A stretch of 64,000 nucleotides of DNA from an uncultured Candidatus Poseidoniales archaeon (GTDB taxonomy: Archaea > Thermoplasmatota > Poseidoniia > Poseidoniales > Thalassarchaeaceae). Made by a program: the position numbers and the translations under genes. The notes below the pieces were generated by a model. It did not search any database and was not told the DNA's origin. It saw only the letters and a program-made list of their open reading frames with translations. Of the stretch, positions 29,796-40,258 are shown piece after piece. The stretch covers positions 11,649-75,648 of the forward strand of contig CACGIM010000002.1 of NCBI GenBank assembly GCA_902573115.1, in the 5' to 3' direction. Each line of letters starts with the position of its first letter. Positions within the stretch are counted from its first letter, which is position 1.

Positions 29796-32700
29796 ATGGG
29801 CGCACGCAGAGCTGTGTATGCTTCGACGATACTACTCATCCTCATAGCGCCATTAAGCTCCTCTTCCATTCATCAAGAGCAAGATCGAATTGGGGGATTT
29901 GATGCAGATGGCGTTTGGTCCCCTAGCGTAGAGCTGGAGATCCACAGAGAATGGTGGACAGAATGGAGCAGAGATAAGGATCACAACGCACTAGACGATC
30001 GTCTGGAGTGGCTCATTGAACAACCAGGGGAAATCCAAAGAAATTGGTGGAAAAGGGCTCCAGATGGAAGTGCAAGAGTTTTCGTGGATTATGATCATCA
30101 TCCAACAGATGCGGATATTTACGCTTTGGAGTCTATTGGGGTGAAAGTGACCCACCGATTCGAGTACCTTGACACGGTTTCGGCTTCGGCACCATTCGAT
30201 ATAATCGTCAGGGAAGATGGGATTAGATCCCTATCAGGGGTAGTGATGATTGAGGATCTAGGTCTTGCAGAAACAAATATGCATGAAGCGAATCCAAACA
30301 TGGGAGTAGACTCGGTTTGGCAGGATCTGGGGTTAGATGGAACGGGCTCTGTGATCGCAGTATTGGATACTGGAGTTAGGGGGGATCATGAAGGTCTAAA
30401 TGACATGGATGACGATCCATTTACCTGCATAGATGATCCTCCCGAGCCTGATCCTCTTGACCCCGAACCTGAACCAATTCCTTCAGACTGTGACCCTAAA
30501 ATCATAGCTTTCTTTGACGCGGTTATAACCGACGAGGAACAGGATCCCTCGACGTCTTATGATTCGGGTACACATGGGACTCACGTAGCTGGAATAGCGG
30601 CTGGTTCTGGGGGAGGGCAAAGTGACTCAAGTACAGGTCTTAGGTACGTTGGGGCAGCTCCTGGCGCGTATCTGATCAATATCTTGGGATGTTGCGATGG
30701 TGACATAGAAGATGTAATGCAAGGAGCGGAATGGGCAATAAACAACAAAGACAAGTATGGTATCGATATCGTAACGTCTTCTCTTGGCGAGCAGCAATTA
30801 GAATTGCATCTCGATAACGACGGAAATTCCGCTTGGAGTCGTCAGATGGACATGGTCGTGGAGGCGGGAATTATCACGACCTTGTCTGCTGGTAACGAGT
30901 TTGGAGGTGCGACTCTCGCGGGATGCAACACAATAGATAGTCCCGGAGATGCGAGGCTGCCAGTCACGGTAGCAAGTTTGGATAAGAATCTAGGTTTAGC
31001 CATATACAGTAGTAGGGGGTATACCTCCGATCTTAGGGTAAAACCTGATGTTGCGACAATCGGATCCAATATAATGGCCCCAGATGCGGCGACCCAAGAT
31101 GGTTACACAAGTAAGTCAGGCACCAGTATGGCCACCCCATTAATGGCAGGAATCGCTGCTCTGATGGTTCAGGCAAATCCCGATTTAACCCCTTCCGAGT
31201 TCAAGGATATTATCTCAGCCCACGCAATAGAGCGAGAAATTCAGCTACTTAATGACCCTGGATTTAATGATTGCAGCATATTAGAAAGTCGTCCGGATAA
31301 CGAGTTCGGCTATGGGCAAGCAGACCCCACTGCCTTCGTCGAAGCGGCCGGAAGCATTGATCGTTCACTCAATGTTTCTATGGATGTGAATACTCTAGAA
31401 CAAATTGGTAATGAAAGCTATGTTACTGGCACATCCTCCGGAGCCGCACCTGGAACTGGTAGCGTCGAGGTTAAGGTAGGAGGGGGAGAGTGGTTTGTAG
31501 CAGCTGACCTATCGATAAATGGGGACTGGTCATCGTGGAGCATCAAATTGGATCCTCATGAAAAATCGGGGAACTCCACCATTTACGCAAGACTAGCGGT
31601 TTCTGAAGACAGTGTGTCACCAGTTGACGCTCGCAGGGTTGTGTTGGTCGATGCGCAAGCAACCGGAAGCTCATCCTCGCCTGGTGGATTGGTGAATTTA
31701 GGCCCTATTACATTCTTCATTCCATTCATTGTTGCAATTGTTTTGGTTGTCTTCATTGGAAGGAAAGAGGCGTGGACGTTCGATCAGGAAGATTCTGACA
31801 AAGACGATTCGAAAATGTCCTCGGCCGATTTGGAAAAGTCAGACTATCAGACTATCATTGAAAGGTTCTCTAATGGTTTCAAAGAGCTGGGCAAGGGTGG
31901 CACGATAACTGATAACTCAGTGAAGAGGGTACTGACTCTTTGTGTTCTGTATTTTGCACAGGGACTTCCTTCTGGATTCGCCATAGTTACCTTTGCAGCT
32001 TACCTAGTCTCAAACGGAGTCTCAGTCCCAGAGATAGCTATTCTATTTGCAACCGTGTCTCTCCCTTGGACATTCAAGTGGATTTGGGGGCCGCTAGTTG
32101 ATTCAGTGTATGTGGAAAGGTACGGCCCCAGAAGACAGTGGATTCTATTCGCACAAACAGGGATGGCCATATCACTGGGCTCCCTATTGCTGGTCTCTGA
32201 TTTGAATGGGCAAATAGATCTTGTTGCGAGGATTCTGTTCATTCACAACATTTTCGCATCGATGCAGGATGTCGCTACGGACGCTCTAGCTGTTGAGGTT
32301 TTGCAGCCTGATGAGGTCGCCAGAGTAAATGGACTCATGTTCGCTGCAAAGAGGGTCGGGATTATCTTCGGAGGTGCCGTTTTGGGTGTACTGATATCGA
32401 AGATTGGTATCTCTGGAGTCATTGCAGCTCAGTTAGTAATGCTAGCGATTATTATTGTCGTGCCACTAACTATGGTGGAAAAGGAAGGTGTGAAGCTTTT
32501 CCCATGGTCCAAATCACATGAAGGGCTTGATTCATCTGAAGATCGAGCTGATTCGGAGGCGTTGATCGCAGAAGTTGTAGATGAGTCGGATCTATCTCCC
32601 TGGGAAGAGGAGGATGAGTTTAGAGTTGCTAGAACAGTCGGATTTAGTATAGCTGAAGACTCTGTTTCCTTCGCTTCATTCTTCGCAATTCTTGGAATCT

Positions 32701-33671
32701 CGATTTGGCTCTTTGGATTCGTAATTGACGTTTTTACAGTGGATTGGACCTTCGGAAAACATGTGAGAGAAGGGTTTCCCGCACTGGAAGGCAAGAAAAT
32801 CCTAGGGCTGGATATTTTGCCGTGGTCTGGAACCAATAGAGTCAGTTTAGCATTAATCTTGCTTTCAGTCTTCTCGGTAGTTTACTCAAGATTCTCTGAC
32901 TCGGAACAAAGTGCATCATTACCCAACCCCTTCCTTTTGCTACCAGAGTCTAGTAGAATAACGATTGCCAGAACTTCATTCTACCTCACCAAGGCCTTCT
33001 CGGTAAGGTCTGCTTTCCTACTTGTTATTGCTGGCTTGCTTGGAGAGCTGTATTATTTCACTAGCCCAATTTACGTTGATATATTCATCAACGAGGCTGG
33101 GTGGTCACAAGAGAAGTATAATGGGATTGTGGGGGGTATAGCGCTGCTAGGTTCCGTTACTGGACAAATAATTGGAGGGATTCTCGGGGACAAGTTCGGG
33201 ATTCGCAGAGTTGCGATGGTGTCATTTGTGGTTCTCGCTCTTGCAAACGCTACTTTTGCATTCCTAGAGCCTTTCTGGGGCAATACGATCATTATGACTG
33301 TCTATCTCATTGGACAGTATTTTGTAGCGGGCATAGCCTTAATTTGCATAATTTCTCTTTGTATGAGATTGACATGGAGCAAAGTAGGCGGAACTCAATT
33401 TACTGCCTACATGTCCATACTGAACACTTCGGTAGTATTCGCATACACATTAACTGAGAGGATGATTTCGATATTCAACTATACCTCTGCAATATACATC
33501 GGAGCTGCACTTACACTGGTGACTACATTCTTCCTCTTCTTCATTGATGAGAATGAGACTGACAGAGTATTGGAGGGAAGAGATACAGGAGAGGATGAGA
33601 TAGATGATCTGGGAGAGTCTGTTTGGTTGAAAAAGGAGCAAGGGGGAGAGAATCCTGTCACGTCTTCATGA
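29796..33671 (+). CDS. Fusion of secreted S8 subtilase, TM anchor and AmpG-like MFS transporter
   Basis: Signal peptide; VLDTG, HGTHVAG, GTSMATP triad; then LYFAQGLPSG, LPWTFKWIWGPLVD, GPRRQWI, QDVATDALAVE, GGTQFTAYMS; one uninterrupted 1291-aa frame. Confidence 0.9.
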   Translation: MGARRAVYASTILLILIAPLSSSSIHQEQDRIGGFDADGVWSPSVELEIHREWWTEWSRDKDHNALDDRLEWLIEQPGEIQRNWWKRAPDGSARVFVDYDHHPTDADIYALESIGVKVTHRFEYLDTVSASAPFDIIVREDGIRSLSGVVMIEDLGLAETNMHEANPNMGVDSVWQDLGLDGTGSVIAVLDTGVRGDHEGLNDMDDDPFTCIDDPPEPDPLDPEPEPIPSDCDPKIIAFFDAVITDEEQDPSTSYDSGTHGTHVAGIAAGSGGGQSDSSTGLRYVGAAPGAYLINILGCCDGDIEDVMQGAEWAINNKDKYGIDIVTSSLGEQQLELHLDNDGNSAWSRQMDMVVEAGIITTLSAGNEFGGATLAGCNTIDSPGDARLPVTVASLDKNLGLAIYSSRGYTSDLRVKPDVATIGSNIMAPDAATQDGYTSKSGTSMATPLMAGIAALMVQANPDLTPSEFKDIISAHAIEREIQLLNDPGFNDCSILESRPDNEFGYGQADPTAFVEAAGSIDRSLNVSMDVNTLEQIGNESYVTGTSSGAAPGTGSVEVKVGGGEWFVAADLSINGDWSSWSIKLDPHEKSGNSTIYARLAVSEDSVSPVDARRVVLVDAQATGSSSSPGGLVNLGPITFFIPFIVAIVLVVFIGRKEAWTFDQEDSDKDDSKMSSADLEKSDYQTIIERFSNGFKELGKGGTITDNSVKRVLTLCVLYFAQGLPSGFAIVTFAAYLVSNGVSVPEIAILFATVSLPWTFKWIWGPLVDSVYVERYGPRRQWILFAQTGMAISLGSLLLVSDLNGQIDLVARILFIHNIFASMQDVATDALAVEVLQPDEVARVNGLMFAAKRVGIIFGGAVLGVLISKIGISGVIAAQLVMLAIIIVVPLTMVEKEGVKLFPWSKSHEGLDSSEDRADSEALIAEVVDESDLSPWEEEDEFRVARTVGFSIAEDSVSFASFFAILGISIWLFGFVIDVFTVDWTFGKHVREGFPALEGKKILGLDILPWSGTNRVSLALILLSVFSVVYSRFSDSEQSASLPNPFLLLPESSRITIARTSFYLTKAFSVRSAFLLVIAGLLGELYYFTSPIYVDIFINEAGWSQEKYNGIVGGIALLGSVTGQIIGGILGDKFGIRRVAMVSFVVLALANATFAFLEPFWGNTIIMTVYLIGQYFVAGIALICIISLCMRLTWSKVGGTQFTAYMSILNTSVVFAYTLTERMISIFNYTSAIYIGAALTLVTTFFLFFIDENETDRVLEGRDTGEDEIDDLGESVWLKKEQGGENPVTSS
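33597..33659 (+). repeat. Copy 1 of a dispersed 63-bp in-frame segment (EIDDLGESVWLKKEQGGENPV)
   Basis: 51/63 nt identical (hand alignment) to reverse complement of 59697-59759. Confidence 0.85.
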
Positions 33672-33672
33672 G

Positions 33673-33921
33673 ATCATCGGAGGCGCCGATCGGGATTTCC
33701 TTGTCTTCACTCAGACCATATGTCCCTATTGCACGAGGGCTTTCAGAACCCTTGATTCGAAGGGGTTTAGTTACATCGAGGTAAATCTTGACAGCTTTGA
33801 TGGATTGAGAAAGGAGGTAGTTGCTGTGACAGGTCACAGAACGGTCCCAGTTGTCTTCGATATGAGAGGCGAAGAACCGGTCTTTGTAGGGGGCTCGGAC
33901 CATTTAATCGAATACGTCTAG
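33673..33921 (+). CDS. grx: Glutaredoxin (CPYC); no canonical start codon, absent from ORF track; start uncertain
   Basis: Hand translation ...DFLVFTQTICPYCTRAFRTLDSKGFSYIEVNLD...TGHRTVPVVFD...FVGGSDHLIEYV*; CPYC at 33721, TVP and GG motifs. Confidence 0.85.
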   Translation: MIGGADRDFLVFTQTICPYCTRAFRTLDSKGFSYIEVNLDSFDGLRKEVVAVTGHRTVPVVFDMRGEEPVFVGGSDHLIEYV

Positions 33922-34877
33922 AGGCTCCATGATTCCGTTATCCCACCTGCAATCATGATCCTCAAGAATGTAGATCCTCCTGTGAATGTAGCTGTCAGAG
34001 TGTACTCTTCTGAGGGAGATGGAATAGTACCTAGAGTCCCTATCTCACTGGCCCCTGGACCCCATACCCTCTCAAGAGCGGAAACTGACAAGTGGTCCCG
34101 TAGAGTCATAGTTATCGTGGATCCCGCGCCACTTTCTGCATCAAGGAAGTAAATCATCTCATCCCAGCCACCGTCGGAGGGATGGTCACTGACCAGGAAG
34201 GTATCCCTAAATTCAAAGTCTGTTCCAGTATCTTCCCAAGTATTGCTAAACCAGTCTCCACCCCTTACGAAGTATACATCCCCCGTGTGCCCTTCCCCCC
34301 TATCTGACAGCATCATTCTGAGATTATCTATGCCCGATTGATCCTTCCAAACAAACGTGGAGAAGAATCCCGCTTCACTATCAAAAACATAGTCCAATCT
34401 TGAGCCATCATTAGATGTTGCGAATACTGTGACTATACCTCCATTCAAATCCGAGACAATCGCTTCCCACTCGACAGAAAATAGGGTAAATGACCATGAG
34501 TTTCCTTCCTCTAATGGAAATTTGAGAACTGTTTGGGGCTCTCCGTTCTCAAATGCACTTAGATCGGTGTGGGTGATCCTCCCAAGAAACGGGTTGTGAT
34601 TCAATACTGCATGCCTCCTTGCCTCTGTTAAGCTGGAGATTGCCAGCATATATGCCGTACCATCCTCTTCACTCGTACTGGCAACTACAAGCCTAGTTGT
34701 GTCATCACTAAATTCAGGCGTAGAGAAGGTGTATAGCCACCAGTCTCCAACTTCCCAAGATGGAACATCAATAGGTCCCTGATCGCCTCTTTTTTCTGTA
34801 TCGGAACCACTAACACAACCTGACAAACAGGAAGCTAGCAAAACAATGAGAGTAGCAACTGCTCCGCCTTTCATCAT
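33918..34877 (-). CDS. Secreted or lipoprotein of unknown function
   Basis: LSGC lipobox; PSWEVGDWWLY and FPLEEGNSW motifs. Confidence 0.75.
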   Translation of the reverse strand: MMKGGAVATLIVLLASCLSGCVSGSDTEKRGDQGPIDVPSWEVGDWWLYTFSTPEFSDDTTRLVVASTSEEDGTAYMLAISSLTEARRHAVLNHNPFLGRITHTDLSAFENGEPQTVLKFPLEEGNSWSFTLFSVEWEAIVSDLNGGIVTVFATSNDGSRLDYVFDSEAGFFSTFVWKDQSGIDNLRMMLSDRGEGHTGDVYFVRGGDWFSNTWEDTGTDFEFRDTFLVSDHPSDGGWDEMIYFLDAESGAGSTITMTLRDHLSVSALERVWGPGASEIGTLGTIPSPSEEYTLTATFTGGSTFLRIMIAGGITESWSL

Positions 34878-34923
34878 TTATGCCACGTGAACAAGGGCCT
34901 CATGAGTCTGACGCTTCCCGGAA

Positions 34924-37002
34924 TCAAAGCGCACCTAGCTCTCCTGTCTTAGTTAGAAGGCCGGCTATCACGACGCTGACGATACTCATCAACTTGATTA
35001 GGATGTTCAGTGATGGACCACTAGTATCCTTGAAAGGGTCTCCTATTGTGTCCCCAACAACTGCGGCGCTGTGGGCTTCGTCACCTTTTGATGCTCCATC
35101 TATGTGACCTTGCTCAATTGCCTTCTTCGCATTGTCCCATGCTCCTCCAGCATTAGCCATGAAGAGGGCCATTAGAACTCCGGACGCAGTCGCTCCGGCT
35201 AGGGCTCCACCTAGAGCCGCGCTTCCCAGTAAGATACCGATAATTACCGGTGCTGACACTGCAACAACACCTGGCATGACCATTTCCCTAAGTGCAGCTT
35301 TGGTCGATATTTCGACACATGTTGCACTGTCAGGCTCTACTCCATCTCTTCCTTCCAAAAGTCCGTCGATCTCCCTAAATTGTCTCCTTATTTCGGTAAT
35401 CATATCCTCTGCAGCTCTACCAACTGACTTCATTGTCATAGCAGCAACCACGAAAGGAAGCGATGCCCCCACCAGCAGCCCGATCACTACAAGCGGCTCG
35501 GTCAGGCTGAGGTCTGCTGCCTGAAGGTCTGCGCTGGTCTTGAAGGCCGCAAAAAGAGCGAGTGCGGTAAGCGCTGCACTTCCAATTGCGAAGCCCTTTC
35601 CAATAGCTGCAGTTGTATTTCCTATGGAGTCCAGCCCATCTGTGATTTCCCTAACGTCATCGCCAAGTCCCGACATCTCGGCTATTCCACCAGCATTGTC
35701 AGCAACTGGGCCATATGCATCTACGGTCATTGTGACTCCAACAGTGCCGAGCATGCCCATTGCCGCCATGGCTATGCCATACAATCCAGCATCTCCACCG
35801 CCCATGACATGATTGGCTCCAAAGATTCCAGCGGCCATCAGTAGCACAGGAATGAAAACAGATTGCATCCCAACTGCTAAACCGGCTATGGCATTGGTAG
35901 CACTTCCAGTTTTACTGGCCTCACCTATGTATGGGATAGCTTGGACCTTGACGCCGAAGACATCCTCTATTCCGGTGTAATATTCCGTGACAAGACCGAT
36001 TAGAATGCCCACTAGTGCGCCTATAGCTACAGCTTGAATCACAGTTGTATCAAGATCAAGATAGTTCAGTGCAACGAATCCACCGGCGATGAAAAGGCCA
36101 GCACCAATGAAAGTTGTATTCCTTAGTGCTGCTCCTGGATCCATATTCTTCATGGCCGTTATTGAGAAAACCCCCACAATCGATGCAATGTATCCCACGA
36201 TAGCAAGGACAATAGGAATCATCACGTAATCGCTGCCCAATGTCTCTTTTGCGGCATAAGCTATCACCATTGCCGCAATTATGCTTCCAACGAACGACTC
36301 GAAAATATCTGCCCCCATACCTGCTACATCACCAACATTGTCTCCGACATTGTCGGCTATAACTCCGGGGTTGCGAGGGTCATCCTCAGGGATTCCAGCC
36401 TCGACCTTGCCAACCAGATCCGCTCCTACATCTGCAGCCTTGGTGTATATTCCACCTCCAACCCTAGCGAACAGAGCTATGGATGATGCGCCCATTCCGA
36501 AACCTGCGATATTGTCAACGGTCAGAAACTCGGTCTCTGTGAAATAGTACATAATTGAAATCCCAAAGAGCCCGAGGCCCCCTACTGCGAGACCCATCAC
36601 GGCACCGCCGTTGTATGATGTAGTCAGAGCTTCTGGTTGCCCCCCGTCAGCAGCAGCCTGTGCAGTTCTACCATTGGCACTGGTGGCAGATCGCATTCCT
36701 GAGAACCCAGCTGCAACGCTGCAAAGGGCACCAATCACGAAAGCTATCATTGTCTCCAGACCCAGGCCGTCTTCTTCCGGACCGATAAACAGTAAAGCGG
36801 CCACTACAACAATAAATATTGACAGCATCCTATATTCTGCAAACAAGAATGCCATTGCTCCATCCTGTATCCTTCCCGTGATCTTGGCCACAGTTTCGTT
36901 CTCTATCTCAATCGAGTTCACTTTGTTGTACAGGAAGAATGCAACCGCCAATCCGAAAAGTCCAGCTGCAATACCCAGTATACCTATTTGTTCTCCGTCC
37001 AT
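34924..37002 (-). CDS. hppA: Membrane-bound ion-translocating pyrophosphatase (K+-dependent, probably Na+-pumping)
   Basis: [62 protein letters not shown]. Confidence 0.96.
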   Translation of the reverse strand: MDGEQIGILGIAAGLFGLAVAFFLYNKVNSIEIENETVAKITGRIQDGAMAFLFAEYRMLSIFIVVVAALLFIGPEEDGLGLETMIAFVIGALCSVAAGFSGMRSATSANGRTAQAAADGGQPEALTTSYNGGAVMGLAVGGLGLFGISIMYYFTETEFLTVDNIAGFGMGASSIALFARVGGGIYTKAADVGADLVGKVEAGIPEDDPRNPGVIADNVGDNVGDVAGMGADIFESFVGSIIAAMVIAYAAKETLGSDYVMIPIVLAIVGYIASIVGVFSITAMKNMDPGAALRNTTFIGAGLFIAGGFVALNYLDLDTTVIQAVAIGALVGILIGLVTEYYTGIEDVFGVKVQAIPYIGEASKTGSATNAIAGLAVGMQSVFIPVLLMAAGIFGANHVMGGGDAGLYGIAMAAMGMLGTVGVTMTVDAYGPVADNAGGIAEMSGLGDDVREITDGLDSIGNTTAAIGKGFAIGSAALTALALFAAFKTSADLQAADLSLTEPLVVIGLLVGASLPFVVAAMTMKSVGRAAEDMITEIRRQFREIDGLLEGRDGVEPDSATCVEISTKAALREMVMPGVVAVSAPVIIGILLGSAALGGALAGATASGVLMALFMANAGGAWDNAKKAIEQGHIDGASKGDEAHSAAVVGDTIGDPFKDTSGPSLNILIKLMSIVSVVIAGLLTKTGELGAL

Positions 37003-37079
37003 TATTCCACCATCAGTTCTGCCGGGCGAAAAGAGTGGCGTATTTAATCCAAATCCAATCCAAAATGCGCCATAGTGCA

Positions 37080-37979
37080 TTACGTTAGATTGGCTTGCAC
37101 GACCGAAGCGAATGAGCTGAGGACTCCAGCACCATCATGATCTCTCTGGAATGAGTCTAATTCTTCCTTTGTTATGTGGCCCCATTCAAATGCCCGGTTC
37201 ACCCTAGCCCTAGCAGCCTCCGGGTGAAATTGTACCCCCCATGACTGTAGAGGGTTTCCTTGGTCATCATTAACTCTGACAGCTGTAACTTTGTTATGAT
37301 CTGCAGAACCTAGTAGAGTACAACCATCTGGCACCGAGGTAACATGGTCCTGATGAGAGTAAAGAGCCACTGGGGAGTCATTAATTCCACTTCTCCTAGA
37401 TGAGAATAGGACATCAGATTTGCCCAAATCAGTTAATTCCAAGTCCCAAACTCCGCTAGAAAATGTATCTGCCCTCTCGACATTAGCGCCCAAAGATTTG
37501 CAGAGGAGTTGGTGGCCAAAGCAAATGCCAAGTGTCGGGATACCGGTCATTGACGAGCTCCGAAGCAAAGAAGCTGCGCCATCCATCCACCCCTCCCAAG
37601 TTGAGACATTTCTCCTAGATCCACTACAGACTACCGCATCAGGCGAAATTCTCTGAATCCAATTGGCAATTCGTTCATCTTCCCCATGTAATGGCATTGC
37701 AAACCTCCCGAAGTTAACGGTATTACCTGCCAATTCCAACTTACACTCCTGCCAAAATGGGAATTCGTCGTCCCATTTGGGGACGTCAAGCACGGAAAGA
37801 GGTGCTAGCCCTTCTTCTTCTGCCCTAAGTCCAGATTCTTCTGATTGCATTTGTGGGGTTAGGAGAATAACCTCTACCGGGCCAAACTTGGCAATAGGAT
37901 AGACCACTTCCTGATTTCCTCCATGGCCGAACTCCGATCTTTCCACCAGTAAGTCAATCAGAATAATTTTCGTAACCAT
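37080..37979 (-). CDS. Type 1 glutamine amidotransferase-like protein
   Basis: [20 protein letters not shown]. Confidence 0.88.
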   Translation of the reverse strand: MVTKIILIDLLVERSEFGHGGNQEVVYPIAKFGPVEVILLTPQMQSEESGLRAEEEGLAPLSVLDVPKWDDEFPFWQECKLELAGNTVNFGRFAMPLHGEDERIANWIQRISPDAVVCSGSRRNVSTWEGWMDGAASLLRSSSMTGIPTLGICFGHQLLCKSLGANVERADTFSSGVWDLELTDLGKSDVLFSSRRSGINDSPVALYSHQDHVTSVPDGCTLLGSADHNKVTAVRVNDDQGNPLQSWGVQFHPEAARARVNRAFEWGHITKEELDSFQRDHDGAGVLSSFASVVQANLT

Positions 37980-38042
37980 GTTCTCAGACTCCGCAGGGGC
38001 AATTGTTTGAAAGACCCCCGGTCCCTCATAAGCCCGATAGCA

Positions 38043-38318
38043 ATGGTTGACAAGCAGCTGATTCTAGATTCGGTGGGCCCTGTACAGGCGGTTCTGGATG
38101 CTCATGATGGCGAGGTTAACGTGATGGATACTACTGACGGAGTGATCATGATTTCTCTCGAAGGGGGATGCACGGGCTGCAGTGCAACACCAATGACGGC
38201 TATGCAGATCTATTATTCTCTAATGAAGTTGGAAGAGGTAAACGATGTGGTGTTCGTGAATGGAGAGCTGCCAGCATACATGAGGTCTTTCATTGATGAC
38301 AAGTTGAACGCTGAGTAA
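38043..38318 (+). CDS. NifU/NfuA C-terminal-domain Fe-S carrier
   Basis: VQAVLDAHDGEV...LEGGCTGC. Confidence 0.82.
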   Translation: MVDKQLILDSVGPVQAVLDAHDGEVNVMDTTDGVIMISLEGGCTGCSATPMTAMQIYYSLMKLEEVNDVVFVNGELPAYMRSFIDDKLNAE

Positions 38319-38319
38319 A

Positions 38320-38700
38320 TCACTCATCCTCGATTCTTGCTTTCATTATCTTGTGTGGATTGGCTTCTCCTTGCACATCTTTACCCTTGATGTTCATCAT
38401 TGAGGATAAGGCGACTATTATTGCGATTACCCCAAAGGGTCTAGCTATGTTGTCAGAACCCCATATCTCACCACCGGAGTAGTGCAGTAGGAACAGTAAA
38501 GCCGCTGAAGTAAGACAAATACCAGCGATTACCCTTTGAGCTATTAATTCGCTTCTTTGAGTTCTAGAAAGTGATCCGATTGACATCCATAGAAAGACCG
38601 CTAAGCTGCACATTCCGAGGGAGGCTGTCTCAGTCAGCTCGAGATAATCCACGACCATCCCTGTAGAGTTCGACTTGTGTAAGTTATGTTCCATCAACAA
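38320..38700 (-). CDS. Small membrane protein (start probably 38658)
   Basis: Three hydrophobic segments; fills intergenic space. Confidence 0.65.
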   Translation of the reverse strand: MLMEHNLHKSNSTGMVVDYLELTETASLGMCSLAVFLWMSIGSLSRTQRSELIAQRVIAGICLTSAALLFLLHYSGGEIWGSDNIARPFGVIAIIVALSSMMNIKGKDVQGEANPHKIMKARIEDE

Positions 38701-38730
38701 GCCAATATATCTTCATGATTTTCGACCACC

Positions 38731-39123
38731 ATGGGGGTTTCGCCCAGGTCTAGGTGGTCCAACAGGGACGATTCTTCATACAAGGAAAAAATGACTTCGA
38801 AAGAATGGAAGCCCAAGTCTCACAACTGGGGCAGGTCATCTGGAGAGTCTTCTGCTGCTATTCTACTGATTGGCCAAGTAGTAAGCCTCGCTTCTCTAGC
38901 AATGATCTATGCGGGCTCAGAGAGATCCCAGATTAGCCATTCGGAGTCATATCAGACCTGGATATTGGGGGGCAATGCACTAATTGTTGCAACGGCATCT
39001 GGACTGTTGTCCTTCTTACTACTTTTTAGAATCTCAATTTCGAGGAAAGCTCCACGCCGACGAAGAAGATTGGCTAGATTTTGGCTATTATTATGGTCAA
39101 TCGCCATCATATCAATAGTTTAG
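38731..39123 (+). CDS. Hypothetical membrane protein
   Basis: Three hydrophobic segments and an Arg-rich loop. Confidence 0.6.
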   Translation: MGVSPRSRWSNRDDSSYKEKMTSKEWKPKSHNWGRSSGESSAAILLIGQVVSLASLAMIYAGSERSQISHSESYQTWILGGNALIVATASGLLSFLLLFRISISRKAPRRRRRLARFWLLLWSIAIISIV

Positions 39124-39190
39124 CATACTGCACTTCAATAGTTCTCGGCGCAACAAACTTGATTCAATACTGCTGGGACAGATAGGTTGA

Positions 39191-40069
39191 ATGAACCCTG
39201 TAGCTGGATTTACACTAGCCATTTCTGGAACTCTGATGTTTGTTAGTACCGTCTTTTTTGCGACCTCGACGCCTTTTCCATTCTTTGATACCGAGGATGA
39301 AGAAAACGTGGAGTTGGACTTCTCAGGGATGGGGGGTAACCTAACTCTGGAAGACTATGGCACGGAAACCCTTGGTTGGGCAGTCTATACCTTTGGAGAT
39401 TATTTGGACGATGATGGAGATGGATTCTACGACTTGTGTTCATTGATTGAAATTACAGTTCTCACTGAGGATTCTAACAACTCCTCGGAAGATTCTGAAG
39501 TAGTAAGATTCAACCAAAAATGCGTTGAGGGGTTCGAGAGAGACGACATAGAGGAAATGATTTACGTAGGACAGATATGTTATGATCCGGAGAATAGCTC
39601 GCTTCCCAGATGTTCTTGGGGAAATTACACATTTGAGTCGAATTACTTCGTTAGTTTAGTTCAGGAAAGTGAGCCACCAGAGGTAAGTTTCGGATCTTTT
39701 TTGGTAGAATGGTTTCGGTCCGGTCTCGCGACAGGAAGAAGCATGCTCTGTGGTTCGACTGTCTTGATGCTTATTGGGCTAATTATTAATTTGTTTTCAA
39801 CCGAAAAGGATGATCTTGGCATAACAAAAGTCGACGCCAATAAGGCTGATTGGAGAGCATATTCTCTATCTGGTCAGGAGAGGGGTGACGATGGGCTTCC
39901 TAAGGCATTCACGAGGCATTCTGAGAAGAAGGACATCTTCAGGAAACCCAGAAAAGGAAACAGGAGGGGGGGCGTGCATAAAACTGGTGGACTCCACCTA
40001 GGGGGGTGGACCGAAGAAGATTCCAACAAGGAATACAAGAAAAAGGTACAAGATCGCAGAGACAGGTGA
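39191..40069 (+). CDS. Hypothetical membrane protein with acidic Cys-containing ectodomain and basic tail
   Basis: N-terminal TM, DDDGDGFYD Ca-loop-like motif, second TM, K/R/G-rich C-terminus. Confidence 0.7.
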   Translation: MNPVAGFTLAISGTLMFVSTVFFATSTPFPFFDTEDEENVELDFSGMGGNLTLEDYGTETLGWAVYTFGDYLDDDGDGFYDLCSLIEITVLTEDSNNSSEDSEVVRFNQKCVEGFERDDIEEMIYVGQICYDPENSSLPRCSWGNYTFESNYFVSLVQESEPPEVSFGSFLVEWFRSGLATGRSMLCGSTVLMLIGLIINLFSTEKDDLGITKVDANKADWRAYSLSGQERGDDGLPKAFTRHSEKKDIFRKPRKGNRRGGVHKTGGLHLGGWTEEDSNKEYKKKVQDRRDR

Positions 40070-40085
40070 CTAATATCAATTAACC

Positions 40086-40238
40086 TTAGAAAAAGGGAAA
40101 AAATAACACGGCTAGAGACAACGCGACTATGACTCCGATCGCTCTAACTAGGAATCTGAATACGGATTCAAGGACCATTCCACTGTAGGGTTCACGGCTT
40201 TTCCTAACATACACCCTTTTAGGCTGATCTTCATCCAT
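40086..40238 (-). CDS. 50-aa single-TM small protein (below ORF-track cutoff)
   Basis: MDEDQPKRVYVRKSREPYSGMVLESVFRFLVRAIGVIVALSLAVLFFPFF*; GGAGGT at 40246-40251, 7 nt before ATG. Confidence 0.7.
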   Translation of the reverse strand: MDEDQPKRVYVRKSREPYSGMVLESVFRFLVRAIGVIVALSLAVLFFPFF

Positions 40239-40258
40239 ATCGATGACCTCCTTTTAGA

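Noticed and set aside
30432-30485. DDPPEPDPLDPEPEP repeat in the subtilase
   Set aside because: Low-complexity Pro/acidic loop; no exact nucleotide array
33628-33671. Frameshift fusion of the MFS tail to glutaredoxin at the A5 run
   Set aside because: The EQGGENPV motif after the run is conserved in the MFS frame (matches the symporter copy), so that frame and stop look genuine
33658-33903. 81-aa minus-strand ORF in the track
   Set aside because: Opposite strand encodes a clear glutaredoxin
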